Shown: positions 19,285 through 28,707 of the stretch, piece after piece
How the letters are laid out: each line of letters begins with the position of its first letter
Position numbering within the stretch: position 1 is the stretch's first letter
Origin: a virus
Lineage: Duplodnaviria; Caudoviricetes
Length of the DNA: 63,429 nt
Strand: one strand, 5' to 3'
Virus record (IMG/VR): IMGVR_UViG_3300046804_004277
Location: 1 to 63,429 of that record
Made by a program: the position numbers and the translations under genes
Notes under the pieces: model-generated
Told to the model about the DNA's origin: nothing
Database searches by the model: none
What the model saw: the letters and a program-made list of their open reading frames with translations, nothing else

Positions 19285-19875
19285 TTAGTTAATATCCTGA
19301 CCACCAGCTTTTGCTGATGTTCCTTTGACTGCTTCCCACCAGAGAACTTGCATTTCTACAGTAAACTCCTGAATCGAATCAGTTTCGTATGAAAGATTGA
19401 TTGTGGAGATATTTGTTGGGAAAAGATCATACATGTGATATGCTCTCAATGTTGACCCATCACGGTCTAATTGATAAACATATGCATCTGCTTGATAAAG
19501 TGCTGGATCAGTAATACCAGTATTATCAGACACACGATTAATTGTATTCATCCAGTTTTCAAAAGCAGAACGAATAGCAAAATCTGTGTCGTTAATAACT
19601 GTAATCGTCCAGGTTTCAAAAGTGCGATCTCCTGCAAGTTTCAGAGTTCTTCCTCTGAATGCAACTTCGAGTGGTGCTACACTTGAAGAAGGTAGAGCAG
19701 CAGATTTTACAAGTAATCTTGATTTATCAAGAGTATTGGAATCAGTTGGTGCTGCAGCTGGGAAAGAAAGAACTACTTCGAAAAGATTACTTCTAGCGCC
19801 ACCACCCGACAGTTTACTTTTGAAGTCGGTAATCTTCCTTAAAGGAGGTGGATTTAATTGATTTCTGGTTGCCAT
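19285..19875 (-). CDS. g19: Tail tube protein
   Basis: GGARSNLFEV and AGDRTFETWTITVINDTDF motifs. Confidence 0.97.
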   Translation of the reverse strand: MATRNQLNPPPLRKITDFKSKLSGGGARSNLFEVVLSFPAAAPTDSNTLDKSRLLVKSAALPSSSVAPLEVAFRGRTLKLAGDRTFETWTITVINDTDFAIRSAFENWMNTINRVSDNTGITDPALYQADAYVYQLDRDGSTLRAYHMYDLFPTNISTINLSYETDSIQEFTVEMQVLWWEAVKGTSAKAGGQDIN

Positions 19876-19898
19876 AGTTTTTTAAACCTCTAGGTTAA

Positions 19899-22058
19899 TT
19901 AAAATTTTCCGATTACTTCTTCAAAGGAAACACCAGTTTTGGTGGCGACAAAAGTAAGACCAATAAAGTTAATTGATCTTGCAGGTTTAATGTAGATGTC
20001 AGCAACAAATTCATTATTATCTATAACAGTAGCAGTGTTATTTGTTTGATCACAAATAACAACATAATCATAAATCCCTCTTTTCGCTTGAACATCGCGG
20101 AGGAATGGTTCAACAGTATTTACAAAGTTTGTTCTAGTGATTTCATCATTAAATTCGAAGAGTTGATCCTTTGCAGCATTCGTGATTGCATTTTCAAGGT
20201 GAATGAACAGACGACGAACATTAATGCGATCAAATGCTGATGCCTTAGCATATCCAGTTTTATCACCAAACAGAATAATTCCTGCTCCTGGAGAGAAGAT
20301 TACTGGATTGACTCTATTTGTGTAGAGTTTATCTCTTTGAGAATTCGATGGATTGTATGCCAATTTAACGGCATTTAGAATAGCACCTCTATTTGTTCCT
20401 GCAGGTGAGTACCATGGGAAGTTATTAATATCATTACGAGCACAAAGACCAGCAATATCTCCATTTAAAGGAACATATCTAAAGGTATTTGAGAATCTAT
20501 CATACATGTACTTATAACCAGAATCAAATACTGCATAAGTTGATGAAGTGACTGGTGCAAAGAAATCAGTTACATTCGTGGTAATATCTGCAGCAGAATT
20601 GACTGTAACTGCAGTTTGTGATGAAGTATCAGTTAATGCAGCACCTCTATATGGTGAAATGAATGCTAGAGAATCTTTTCTTAGTTCTGCAACCGAAATC
20701 AGTTTATTTGCAAGTGCTTGAGCAGTTTCCTTACTGTATCCTGCAGATCCCATCAACAAGAAATCAATCTTATAATTATCGGTGTTTTCAAATAGGTCAT
20801 ATCCAGATGACAGACCTGTGAGAGATACTGTAAGTGCCCCAGATGCTGTAATATCTGCCGCGCCATCATAGTTCTTACCACCTGCTAAAGTATTGGTTGA
20901 AGATCCAGTAGCGCCAAAAATTACCCCATCAGTTCCACCATCAGCAGTTTGATCCCAACCATAATCTTCGTCTGGGGTGAATCCTGAACTAAATCCAGTT
21001 GTTACAATGCCTGCAGGTGCTCCACCAGCAAAGATATACTGAGAATTAGATGCAATATACTTTCTCCAGTAAGAAGTGCTTCCTGCAGAAAATTCAGCAT
21101 CTGTTGCTTTTGAAAGTGAAAGATGCTTTTCAAGAATTGTTCCAGCATTTCCAGTAACATTTCCAAGAGCATCAATTACTACAACATGAACTTCATCAAA
21201 TCTTGAGTTTCTAGCCGCAGCAAATGCTGAAGTTGAAGGTCTTGGTGCAATATTATTCCAATTAATGGTTGAAGTCGAAGTTAATCCGATGGTTTGCTGA
21301 TCAAACCAGTCTGTCTTAGAGAATGGAGTTGCAGTAGCAACTCCCGTATTGCTACTATTATAAACACTAATACTTGTAGAAGAATCGAATTGATAAACTC
21401 CACCTGGTTGATAATCAACTGCAGTTTCAGTTCCGTTTGTAACATAACTCAGAACTTTAACATCAAGAGTGCTTGCTCCAATTCCAGTAATAATACCCTT
21501 TAAGTATCCGTTTAAGGATGAAGTTGAACCTGCTCCAGGAAGAGTTGTAGTAATTGCTTGAGTTACTCCATATCCAATTACTGCAGAAGATGTAACAATT
21601 CCTAAAGTTTGGTCAGCTTTAGCATCGATGATTGCAACTCTAATGCCGTTTGACCATGAACCTGGATTCTTTGCCGCAACGACTACATTAGAAATAGTAT
21701 TTTCGTCGTATCCAAGTTGAGTATAGTGATCTAAACTCTTAATTTTTACACTCGAAGCAGTTCCAACAAATCCATTTTTTAAATCTGCATCATCTGCTCT
21801 TACAACTTGAAGTGCTCCGCCATATGCAAGATATGAAGAAGCAACCAACCAATGCTCATAATGCTTATCAATCGCATAGGGCTCTCCGAAAGTTTTCAGT
21901 AAATCATTCTCATTCTCTACCAAAAATGGTGAATCTACAGGTCCTTTTGCAAAAGGTGCAACAATTGCACCGATTTTGTTCGAAGGAGAAGTAGCTCTTC
22001 CAATCGTTAAATCAACTTCTTTTACTGTAATTCCAGGAGATGCTAAATTTAGTGGCAT
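19899..22058 (-). CDS. g18: Tail sheath protein
   Basis: SPGITVKEVDLT, PWYSPAG, FDRINVRRLF and KPARSINFI motifs; late promoter TATAAATA at 22093-22100. Confidence 0.98.
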   Translation of the reverse strand: MPLNLASPGITVKEVDLTIGRATSPSNKIGAIVAPFAKGPVDSPFLVENENDLLKTFGEPYAIDKHYEHWLVASSYLAYGGALQVVRADDADLKNGFVGTASSVKIKSLDHYTQLGYDENTISNVVVAAKNPGSWSNGIRVAIIDAKADQTLGIVTSSAVIGYGVTQAITTTLPGAGSTSSLNGYLKGIITGIGASTLDVKVLSYVTNGTETAVDYQPGGVYQFDSSTSISVYNSSNTGVATATPFSKTDWFDQQTIGLTSTSTINWNNIAPRPSTSAFAAARNSRFDEVHVVVIDALGNVTGNAGTILEKHLSLSKATDAEFSAGSTSYWRKYIASNSQYIFAGGAPAGIVTTGFSSGFTPDEDYGWDQTADGGTDGVIFGATGSSTNTLAGGKNYDGAADITASGALTVSLTGLSSGYDLFENTDNYKIDFLLMGSAGYSKETAQALANKLISVAELRKDSLAFISPYRGAALTDTSSQTAVTVNSAADITTNVTDFFAPVTSSTYAVFDSGYKYMYDRFSNTFRYVPLNGDIAGLCARNDINNFPWYSPAGTNRGAILNAVKLAYNPSNSQRDKLYTNRVNPVIFSPGAGIILFGDKTGYAKASAFDRINVRRLFIHLENAITNAAKDQLFEFNDEITRTNFVNTVEPFLRDVQAKRGIYDYVVICDQTNNTATVIDNNEFVADIYIKPARSINFIGLTFVATKTGVSFEEVIGKF

Positions 22059-22120
22059 CTTTATTCTCCGTCTATCCAGAATATTCTAGAAGTATTTATA
22101 AATTCCTCCCCCTTCACCGA

Positions 22121-23335
22121 CTACCTATAATCCCACATATAAGATCGGTCTCCATATTCATCAACATTCCATATTTCTTCTGACTGAATTCTATTTTGTC
22201 TATCAGCAAATACCCATCTATCTCCAGTTTCAGAATCAACAAAAGATTCCATTTCATCTAAACCATCCACAATAAAACCAAAAGGAGACATATCTTGCTC
22301 AATTTGATTTTTTTGCTCTTCATAGATTCTTTTACGAACATCATTGTTCGTCATTTCTTTAAAATAATCTTGAGCAACTAACCAAGAAAAAATAACCAAG
22401 CACATCGCTAGGTCATCATTACATCCTTCTTCTGCCTCAAATGAATTCTTTCTTTGAATAAACGTCGTTAGTTCTGAAATAATATCATAATCTTTGACAA
22501 GTAATTTATCATCTTCAATTAAGGTTCTTAGATTAGAACATCCCAACTTTTTTACAGCAGCAGTCATGCGAACACCCAGTTGAGATTTCTTACCACTAAA
22601 TCCAGATCCCACAATCTGCCCTGCACGACCTCTCATCGCACACATCAAAACATTATCATATTCGAGATCAAAGTGAAGGATATTTGCTACTTGGTCTCCA
22701 ATATCATTAACTTCAACCAATAACCAAGAATCATTATATCCCTTTGCTACTTCATGAATGATGCTTGGGAATAACATCGGTTTGATTTCATTATTTTTAT
22801 ATTTTGCTACTACTCTATATGGAAAATTTGTAATATCAAAAACAATAAATGCAGAGTAATCATTTCCAATACCGCGAGCAACATCAACTGTGATTAGGTA
22901 ATTATTCTCTTCTTTTGGATGCTCGTAAACATCTAAACCAGCATTTCTTTTAAGTGGATCATCATAGACAAGAGTTCTTAATTTTGCTGCATTAATTAAA
23001 GTATCAACCGACCCTAAGAACTCGCAGTTATGAGATATTATATCATTTGAATAATATAAATTATCTTCTCCAACATCTAATAAATCATAAAGATATACTC
23101 CTTCTTCTACTATTTCATTGTATACAATTTTTTTTCCTTGTAGGATGTCATCCACTTTGATTGTGGATGCTTTAATTTTTTCTGACCCAAACGAATGATT
23201 TTCGGAGCACTTTATTTCTGTTCCATCCTCAAAAATTATCCAGTGATAAAATGGTTTATAAACTTTCTGAATACCTGAGAAAGATTTAAACCCAGTGGGG
23301 GTTTTTACTAATAAATCTTTATTAAGTTTAAACAT
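22121..23335 (-). CDS. g17: Terminase large subunit, C-terminal (nuclease) fragment preceded by a 103-aa C-intein
   Basis: First 103 aa end ...IISHN, then CEFLGS extein; VDVARG..DYSA and DDLAMCL nuclease motifs; RBS AAGGAG at 23346-23351. Confidence 0.95.
   Translation of the reverse strand: MFKLNKDLLVKTPTGFKSFSGIQKVYKPFYHWIIFEDGTEIKCSENHSFGSEKIKASTIKVDDILQGKKIVYNEIVEEGVYLYDLLDVGEDNLYYSNDIISHNCEFLGSVDTLINAAKLRTLVYDDPLKRNAGLDVYEHPKEENNYLITVDVARGIGNDYSAFIVFDITNFPYRVVAKYKNNEIKPMLFPSIIHEVAKGYNDSWLLVEVNDIGDQVANILHFDLEYDNVLMCAMRGRAGQIVGSGFSGKKSQLGVRMTAAVKKLGCSNLRTLIEDDKLLVKDYDIISELTTFIQRKNSFEAEEGCNDDLAMCLVIFSWLVAQDYFKEMTNNDVRKRIYEEQKNQIEQDMSPFGFIVDGLDEMESFVDSETGDRWVFADRQNRIQSEEIWNVDEYGDRSYMWDYR
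23027..23335 (-). mobile_element. Split intein, C-terminal fragment (IntC, 103 aa)
   Basis: Block B-like CSENH; block F YDL..V; terminal HN followed by +1 Cys. Confidence 0.93.
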
Positions 23336-23897
23336 TTTTCCAACACTCCTTTAAAACTATTCTTTTAAGTCCTTGTGATGTTAAATTATACTTATCAGCA
23401 TATTCTTTACAAAATGCTTGGATGTATGACATTTTTTTTCCATTTTTCATAATCAATCCTACCGATGGTAAATCTGGTTTTGTATCAAATAAAATGCGTA
23501 TTTCCTTTACTTGGTCATCGGTAAGTTTTCTACTAAAAACTCTACCTTTCCTAACTTGCTTCATTTTTGAGATTGTTTCTTCCGAGAAGCAATTTTTCAC
23601 ACCTTTATTCCAAGGGATGTTCCCTTTATCTACACCACCTATTCCAGTTCTATCGTAATTATCAAAACCTTCTCCTCCTGTGGATTTATTCCATCCATTT
23701 TTATAGGTATCAAATTGTTTTATATAATTAATTTCCAAATTTTTTGCATCTTCAGCAATATTGGTTTCTTCTACAATCTCAAAAATATGTTGAGGTTTGC
23801 TATTTTTATGGTCCCTTTTTCTGGTGTTAGGGTCCTGAGTCTGACCAATATATTTAATATTATCGTTCAAATCTTTAAGTAAGTAGATATAATACAT
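23328..23897 (-). mobile_element. Free-standing GIY-YIG homing endonuclease between the two intein halves
   Basis: YIY...YIGQT...R, GWN.STGG; NUMOD3-like PWNKG/SEETISKM; own late promoter TATAAATA at 23907-23914. Confidence 0.9.
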
Positions 23898-23925
23898 TTT
23901 TATTATTATTTATAATCCAAAAAAC

Positions 23926-24807
23926 TCACATTCGTTGATAGAGTTCTTCCATAGTAACATTATGGGTGTTACCTTCATCATCAATTATTTCTATTTTAGT
24001 TTCTCCACTTAAACATTCAAACTCAACCTTAAACTGTTGTTCACTAGTATTAGCAATCGTCTGTGCCTTCCATGCATCGTCTCTACCAGGGACTTCAGAC
24101 CAATGCACATCCGTTGGCACATATTCGTTCTTGCCCCTCTCAGCGTCATGCCACATGCGGTAGAAGTGATTCATACCGCGTGGTGTAGAAACAATAATTA
24201 CCTTTGTGCTTTGACCAGAAGAAATAGTAGGATAAACAGAGGCAAAGAAGTCATCAGCAATATGATTCGGGATGAACGCGAATTCGTCAAGAAAGATGAC
24301 ATTATAGGATCCGCCTCGAACAGCAGATGAAGAAGTAGAGTTTGATGAAATTTTTGATCCATTTTCTAACTCTAGAGAGCCCTTATTCCAAGATATAATA
24401 CCCTGTTGCATCCACTTGGGTAAATTCTCATAAGCAAGTTGCAATCTTCCGAGAAGGTCTCTGGCAGTGGATGCTTTGTTCGCTAGAATAGCTATATTGA
24501 CATTATCGTTGAATACTGCATAATGTAATAGATATGAAACACAAGTCGTAGATTTACCCGTCTGACGAGGCATCTTACAAATATTAAATCTATTCTTATG
24601 GAAATTTGTTACAAGTTTCTCTTGAAATGGATACATCTCAAAAGGAACAAGACCGTGGTCCAGAGAAACAATTTTAATATAATTCTTTGCGAAATATACG
24701 GGGTCTTCCTTACACTTTAAGAACTCGATAATTTGTTCTTCAGTAAATTCAATCGGCGTATTCGCTTTTTTGAGCAGAGGATTGCCCAAATAGACATCAT
24801 TAGACAT
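23926..24807 (-). CDS. g17: Terminase large subunit, N-terminal ATPase fragment plus IntN
   Basis: YLGNPLLK; PRQTGKST Walker A; IFLDEFAF Walker B; VSTP motif. Confidence 0.96.
   Translation of the reverse strand: MSNDVYLGNPLLKKANTPIEFTEEQIIEFLKCKEDPVYFAKNYIKIVSLDHGLVPFEMYPFQEKLVTNFHKNRFNICKMPRQTGKSTTCVSYLLHYAVFNDNVNIAILANKASTARDLLGRLQLAYENLPKWMQQGIISWNKGSLELENGSKISSNSTSSSAVRGGSYNVIFLDEFAFIPNHIADDFFASVYPTISSGQSTKVIIVSTPRGMNHFYRMWHDAERGKNEYVPTDVHWSEVPGRDDAWKAQTIANTSEQQFKVEFECLSGETKIEIIDDEGNTHNVTMEELYQRM
23929..24015 (-). mobile_element. Split intein, N-terminal fragment (IntN, 29 aa)
   Basis: CLSGETKIEIIDDEGNTHNVTMEELYQRM begins with block-A Cys, directly after extein KVEFE. Confidence 0.92.
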
Positions 24808-24813
24808 AATAAA

Positions 24814-26034
24814 TTACCTACTAATTTCTTCCCAGTCCATAGATGCATGAATATCAGCATTTAAACTTGCAGAAGCGACCAATGTGAGTTCATAAGGAGT
24901 TCCAGTTAATCCATCTCTTTCTAATTGGAATTTAAAAAGTGCTTCTTTGAGAATATCTACAGGAACAGAACTTTGTTGAGTTGAGGTGAAATATCCACTT
25001 GCCAAAACTCTTCCACCAGTAACTGTTCCACCATCAATTTTATATTCAACAGCACTATCAGAACCAGCACTTGTCCAAGTTCCTCCAGATGTGGTAGCAC
25101 TTGCTCTCACTTGCCAACTATAGTTTGCATTGTTTGTAATACCAAGCATTGAAATTGCCGTTAAGATTACAATACCATCTAAACGATTTGGAGATGCTTT
25201 AAGACGAAGAGAAATGACTGGATAAAAAGTTCCAGTAGGTAGTGGTAAATTTACTGGAGATGTGATTGTGGTTCCAACTGCTTGTTGCAATCCACGAAGT
25301 TCATAACCACCTTCTGAAATCACAGTAGAACAAACTTGTTTAAGTGTGCTTGAACTTGTTGTTACTCCAGTATTTGTAATCTCATATCTTATTGGTAATG
25401 ATGCTGTTGTGATATAAGTTGATTGGACTAGATTTGCGTGATGAAATGAATGACAGTGAATAAATTTACCATCAATCACAAAACCAACTCTAACTGTTCC
25501 CAGTCCCAACCATTCAATATCAGTCCACATAATTTGACCTTTGGATGGGTCAAGTGTATATCCAGAAGGTCCAGTTCCATCTAACTTATCATATAACCAA
25601 GATGATTGTGGTACATGAGTTTCTGATAAGATTCCACTTACAATACTTCTTTCTACAAAATTTAAAGTAGTTCCATCTGCCTCAAAATAAATTCCATTAT
25701 CAGCACCAAAGTATCCTACTCTCTGACGAAGATTGTTTTTAGGTGTATTCATTACAAATGTATTCATTATTTGTAATGATTTTCCTGGTTGATAAGGGAA
25801 TACTTTTGTCGTTTCTCTGATGACTGATTCACCACTTGTGGTTCCAATACCAATATTAACCAATCCTTGAGTTGTTACAAATCCAACAGTTGCACCAGTC
25901 CCAACAATCAAACTAGTAAAAAGATTATTATCTCTATATCTGTGAGAAGAATCAAAAAGTGTTAATGGACTTGAAGTTCTTAAACGACCAAATGCATCGT
26001 GTTGGTCTAAACTTGGTTGATATAAATGAGACAT
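24814..26034 (-). CDS. Putative virion structural protein
   Basis: DAFGRLR N-terminal motif, beta-rich; probable start MSHLYQP at 26034, coupled to the upstream stop. Confidence 0.7.
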   Translation of the reverse strand: MSHLYQPSLDQHDAFGRLRTSSPLTLFDSSHRYRDNNLFTSLIVGTGATVGFVTTQGLVNIGIGTTSGESVIRETTKVFPYQPGKSLQIMNTFVMNTPKNNLRQRVGYFGADNGIYFEADGTTLNFVERSIVSGILSETHVPQSSWLYDKLDGTGPSGYTLDPSKGQIMWTDIEWLGLGTVRVGFVIDGKFIHCHSFHHANLVQSTYITTASLPIRYEITNTGVTTSSSTLKQVCSTVISEGGYELRGLQQAVGTTITSPVNLPLPTGTFYPVISLRLKASPNRLDGIVILTAISMLGITNNANYSWQVRASATTSGGTWTSAGSDSAVEYKIDGGTVTGGRVLASGYFTSTQQSSVPVDILKEALFKFQLERDGLTGTPYELTLVASASLNADIHASMDWEEISR

Positions 26035-26807
26035 TAAACTACCCTCCAACCGTTTCTATAAACAAAAGTAAGTGAACCAAAATCATATGCAAGAATTGCT
26101 CTGTCCTGTCCGTCAATTTTATCTGAACCTGATGGAAGGATTGTGATATATCTATTCGTTCCCTTGGATGCTTCTCCAAGTTCATCTTTTACTATGTAGG
26201 TCTTTCCATTTTTTCTTGGTGTTGGAAGTGTTATAGTAACTGCTCCAGCATAATTAACACCAATGTAATAATCCTGTGGAGTTATTGTATAAGATGATGA
26301 TGTAACATATGTAAGTGGCATATCCATATATGCCAAATTAGTTTCACCACCACCACCTAATGTGGAAAGTTGTTGCTGAATACGAGAAAGAAAAAGTTTA
26401 TAATGATTTTGTAAATCATCAAGTGTTGCAAACTTTTGATCCAGAGGAGTTAATGGATCATTTTGTTGCTTAACATTTGATGGTTCGGCAAGAAGACCAA
26501 GTGATTTTTCAATTAATTCTTCTTTATTATCTTCAAGAACCTCAAGAACTTCATCAAAAGATTCTTCAATTACATTTTCAATAATTTGTTCTTGTTCTTT
26601 AGGTGTATCCGAATACAACCATTTTTCAAATGCTTTAACCGTTTGTTGTTCTTGTATTTTTTTCTTTTTAGTTTCTTTTTTTAAATTGGCAAATTCTTCA
26701 AAAAGAGAATTTAATTCCAAGTCACCGACTACAGAATTAAACTCTTCTTTTTTCTTTTTTTTATCTTCTGCTAATAATTTAAAAAAATCAGTTAGTTCTG
26801 ATGACAT
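26034..26807 (-). CDS. Hypothetical protein: charged N-terminus, GGGGE hinge, fibre-like beta C-terminal domain
   Basis: QQQLSTLGGGGE followed by YIGVNYAGAVTITLP. Confidence 0.7.
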   Translation of the reverse strand: MSSELTDFFKLLAEDKKKKKEEFNSVVGDLELNSLFEEFANLKKETKKKKIQEQQTVKAFEKWLYSDTPKEQEQIIENVIEESFDEVLEVLEDNKEELIEKSLGLLAEPSNVKQQNDPLTPLDQKFATLDDLQNHYKLFLSRIQQQLSTLGGGGETNLAYMDMPLTYVTSSSYTITPQDYYIGVNYAGAVTITLPTPRKNGKTYIVKDELGEASKGTNRYITILPSGSDKIDGQDRAILAYDFGSLTFVYRNGWRVV

Positions 26808-26808
26808 A

Positions 26809-28266
26809 TTAACAATTCCACTTTCTCAAAGATAATGCTTTTCTTGTTGGGCGTCCCTTTTCATCTTTCATAGGACCAGGCATTCCTCCCATACGAGCAC
26901 AGAATGACTTTCTACGTTTTGCTGGTTTACTATTTGGGTCAAGTTTTGAAGGTGGTGTTGTAACCGCCATTGAAAGTTTTGAACCCTTATGTTTTTCACG
27001 ATATGATTCAATACCTATTCTATTCAATCCGCCTGTAGGATTTTTGCCTTCTTTTCTTTGCCAAGCAGCGGATGCTTCTGTTACAAATTGATTGAATGTT
27101 TTTATTTTTTCTGGTTTAATTAAATCAATAAATTCAACATAATCATTGCCGTTGGCATCTTGAATAGTTACTGATTCTTTTTGCATTTCTCCACTATCAA
27201 CATAATCTGCTGCAGTATCAATATAATCTGCTGCTTTTGTAATCTTTGATTGAACCCATGCTTCAATATTACCTTCACCTTTCATTTTCTTTCTGAGTCT
27301 CTTTGCCGCAGAAATAATTGTTGAAAGTTCAGAACGAGCCATAGAATATTCGTGGTCATATCCTTCATTAGCGGGATGTACCTGAGCAATATCAAACTTC
27401 ATTTGATTTGTAGTCAACATAGATGGTGTTGAATATAATGCCCAGAATTTTGGACCATACTTACATTCTGACTGAGTTTCGTCCTTTTTACATTTTGGAC
27501 AATATCTTACCATTCCAGTTTCCTCTTTGACGGGGACACAATTTGGAACCATTTTCTTACCTTTCTTTTTCATACTAATTGCAATCGCTGCTTGTTGGGC
27601 AGGATTTACTGCTTCACTTTTTGTTCCCCAATTATCAGCACCAACCTTACGACATTTGACAAGTGCTCCTGATGCATATGCACTTGGCCAAATTTTATAC
27701 CTACTTTTTACTTTATTATAACAAGCATCTTTTTCACCTTTCTTTTCTTGAATGTATTCTTCTTTTGTCACGATTTTTGCATCTCCTGATCTGTTTGGAT
27801 TTGGGTCCTCTCTACGCTTTTTAGCAGCTCTTCTACTTCTTTCTTCTTTACTCATATTTTTACGATCATCAGGATCGCGACAAAATGGTTTTGTAGTTTG
27901 CCCTGGTTGTTTGGCACATGGGTTTCCATCATATTTTCCACCTGCTTGAACCCATCCGCCGTCATCAAACCATCTATGTAGACTATATTTTGGTGATGAT
28001 GCCCCAATACCGTCTGTTGCTTCTTTCACATCTTTGAACTTTTTATGTTCTTTTTTGGCAGATGCCTCCATTTTTTTCAAGCGAGTATAATAATCTGGAA
28101 TCTCATCCAAATGTTGAAGAGCAATATCGGTCGCAAGAACTTTATCTTTTGTATGCTCATGTTCAATAGGAATTCCCATATCAAGTTGATGCTTTATAAA
28201 AGAAACATCAAGACGATGCTTCTTTGCAATCTGTTCAACGGATTTATGGGGTTTGAGATGATCCAA
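26809..28266 (-). CDS. Multi-module basic protein (putative protease-processed internal head polyprotein)
   Basis: TTG start after CTAAATA late box; segments separated by VKE/IQE/KSE/VKE/ANE/QKE/VTE; internal KTFNQFVTE. Confidence 0.7.
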   Translation of the reverse strand: MDHLKPHKSVEQIAKKHRLDVSFIKHQLDMGIPIEHEHTKDKVLATDIALQHLDEIPDYYTRLKKMEASAKKEHKKFKDVKEATDGIGASSPKYSLHRWFDDGGWVQAGGKYDGNPCAKQPGQTTKPFCRDPDDRKNMSKEERSRRAAKKRREDPNPNRSGDAKIVTKEEYIQEKKGEKDACYNKVKSRYKIWPSAYASGALVKCRKVGADNWGTKSEAVNPAQQAAIAISMKKKGKKMVPNCVPVKEETGMVRYCPKCKKDETQSECKYGPKFWALYSTPSMLTTNQMKFDIAQVHPANEGYDHEYSMARSELSTIISAAKRLRKKMKGEGNIEAWVQSKITKAADYIDTAADYVDSGEMQKESVTIQDANGNDYVEFIDLIKPEKIKTFNQFVTEASAAWQRKEGKNPTGGLNRIGIESYREKHKGSKLSMAVTTPPSKLDPNSKPAKRRKSFCARMGGMPGPMKDEKGRPTRKALSLRKWNC

Positions 28267-28278
28267 GACAGTATAATT

Positions 28279-28701
28279 CTATTCTTTATTATTTAGAAAA
28301 CCTTGCTTGAGTAATTTTGAGAGTTCTGAGGTTGACCCAACAAATACTGCATTGTTTGTAACATTATTGGTCGTTTTAACAGTATCCTCTTCAACATCCT
28401 TAAGTTTTTTCTGAAGGTCAATTAATTTATCTGTTGTATCAGCAACGCTTTTAATTAATTGTCCAGCAACTTCATATGCTCTTGGAGAACCACCTTCTCC
28501 GGCAAGTTCCATGATCCCGTTAATTGCCTCTTGACCTTTTTCAATCAAAGAATAAAGATTCGCACGAGTATATTCATAATCTTTTCTAATATCATCTGAT
28601 TTTACTGGAAGAATATCCAGTTTTTCCGTAGGTTTTTCTATTTCTACAATACTGCTTTCGATATTCAAAGCATTATCCAAACCTTCATAATTATTTTTCA
28701 T
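28279..28701 (-). CDS. g16: Terminase small subunit
   Basis: DYEYTRANLY, PRAYEVAGQLIK and FVGSTSEL motifs. Confidence 0.95.
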   Translation of the reverse strand: MKNNYEGLDNALNIESSIVEIEKPTEKLDILPVKSDDIRKDYEYTRANLYSLIEKGQEAINGIMELAGEGGSPRAYEVAGQLIKSVADTTDKLIDLQKKLKDVEEDTVKTTNNVTNNAVFVGSTSELSKLLKQGFLNNKE

Positions 28702-28707
28702 AACCTA

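Noticed and set aside
23336-23925. Group I intron interrupting g17
   Set aside because: There is almost no non-coding sequence for a ribozyme core, and the intein motifs on both flanks explain the split.
22121-24807. g17 as a pseudogene or assembly error
   Set aside because: Both halves are intact, have translation signals and carry complementary intein termini.
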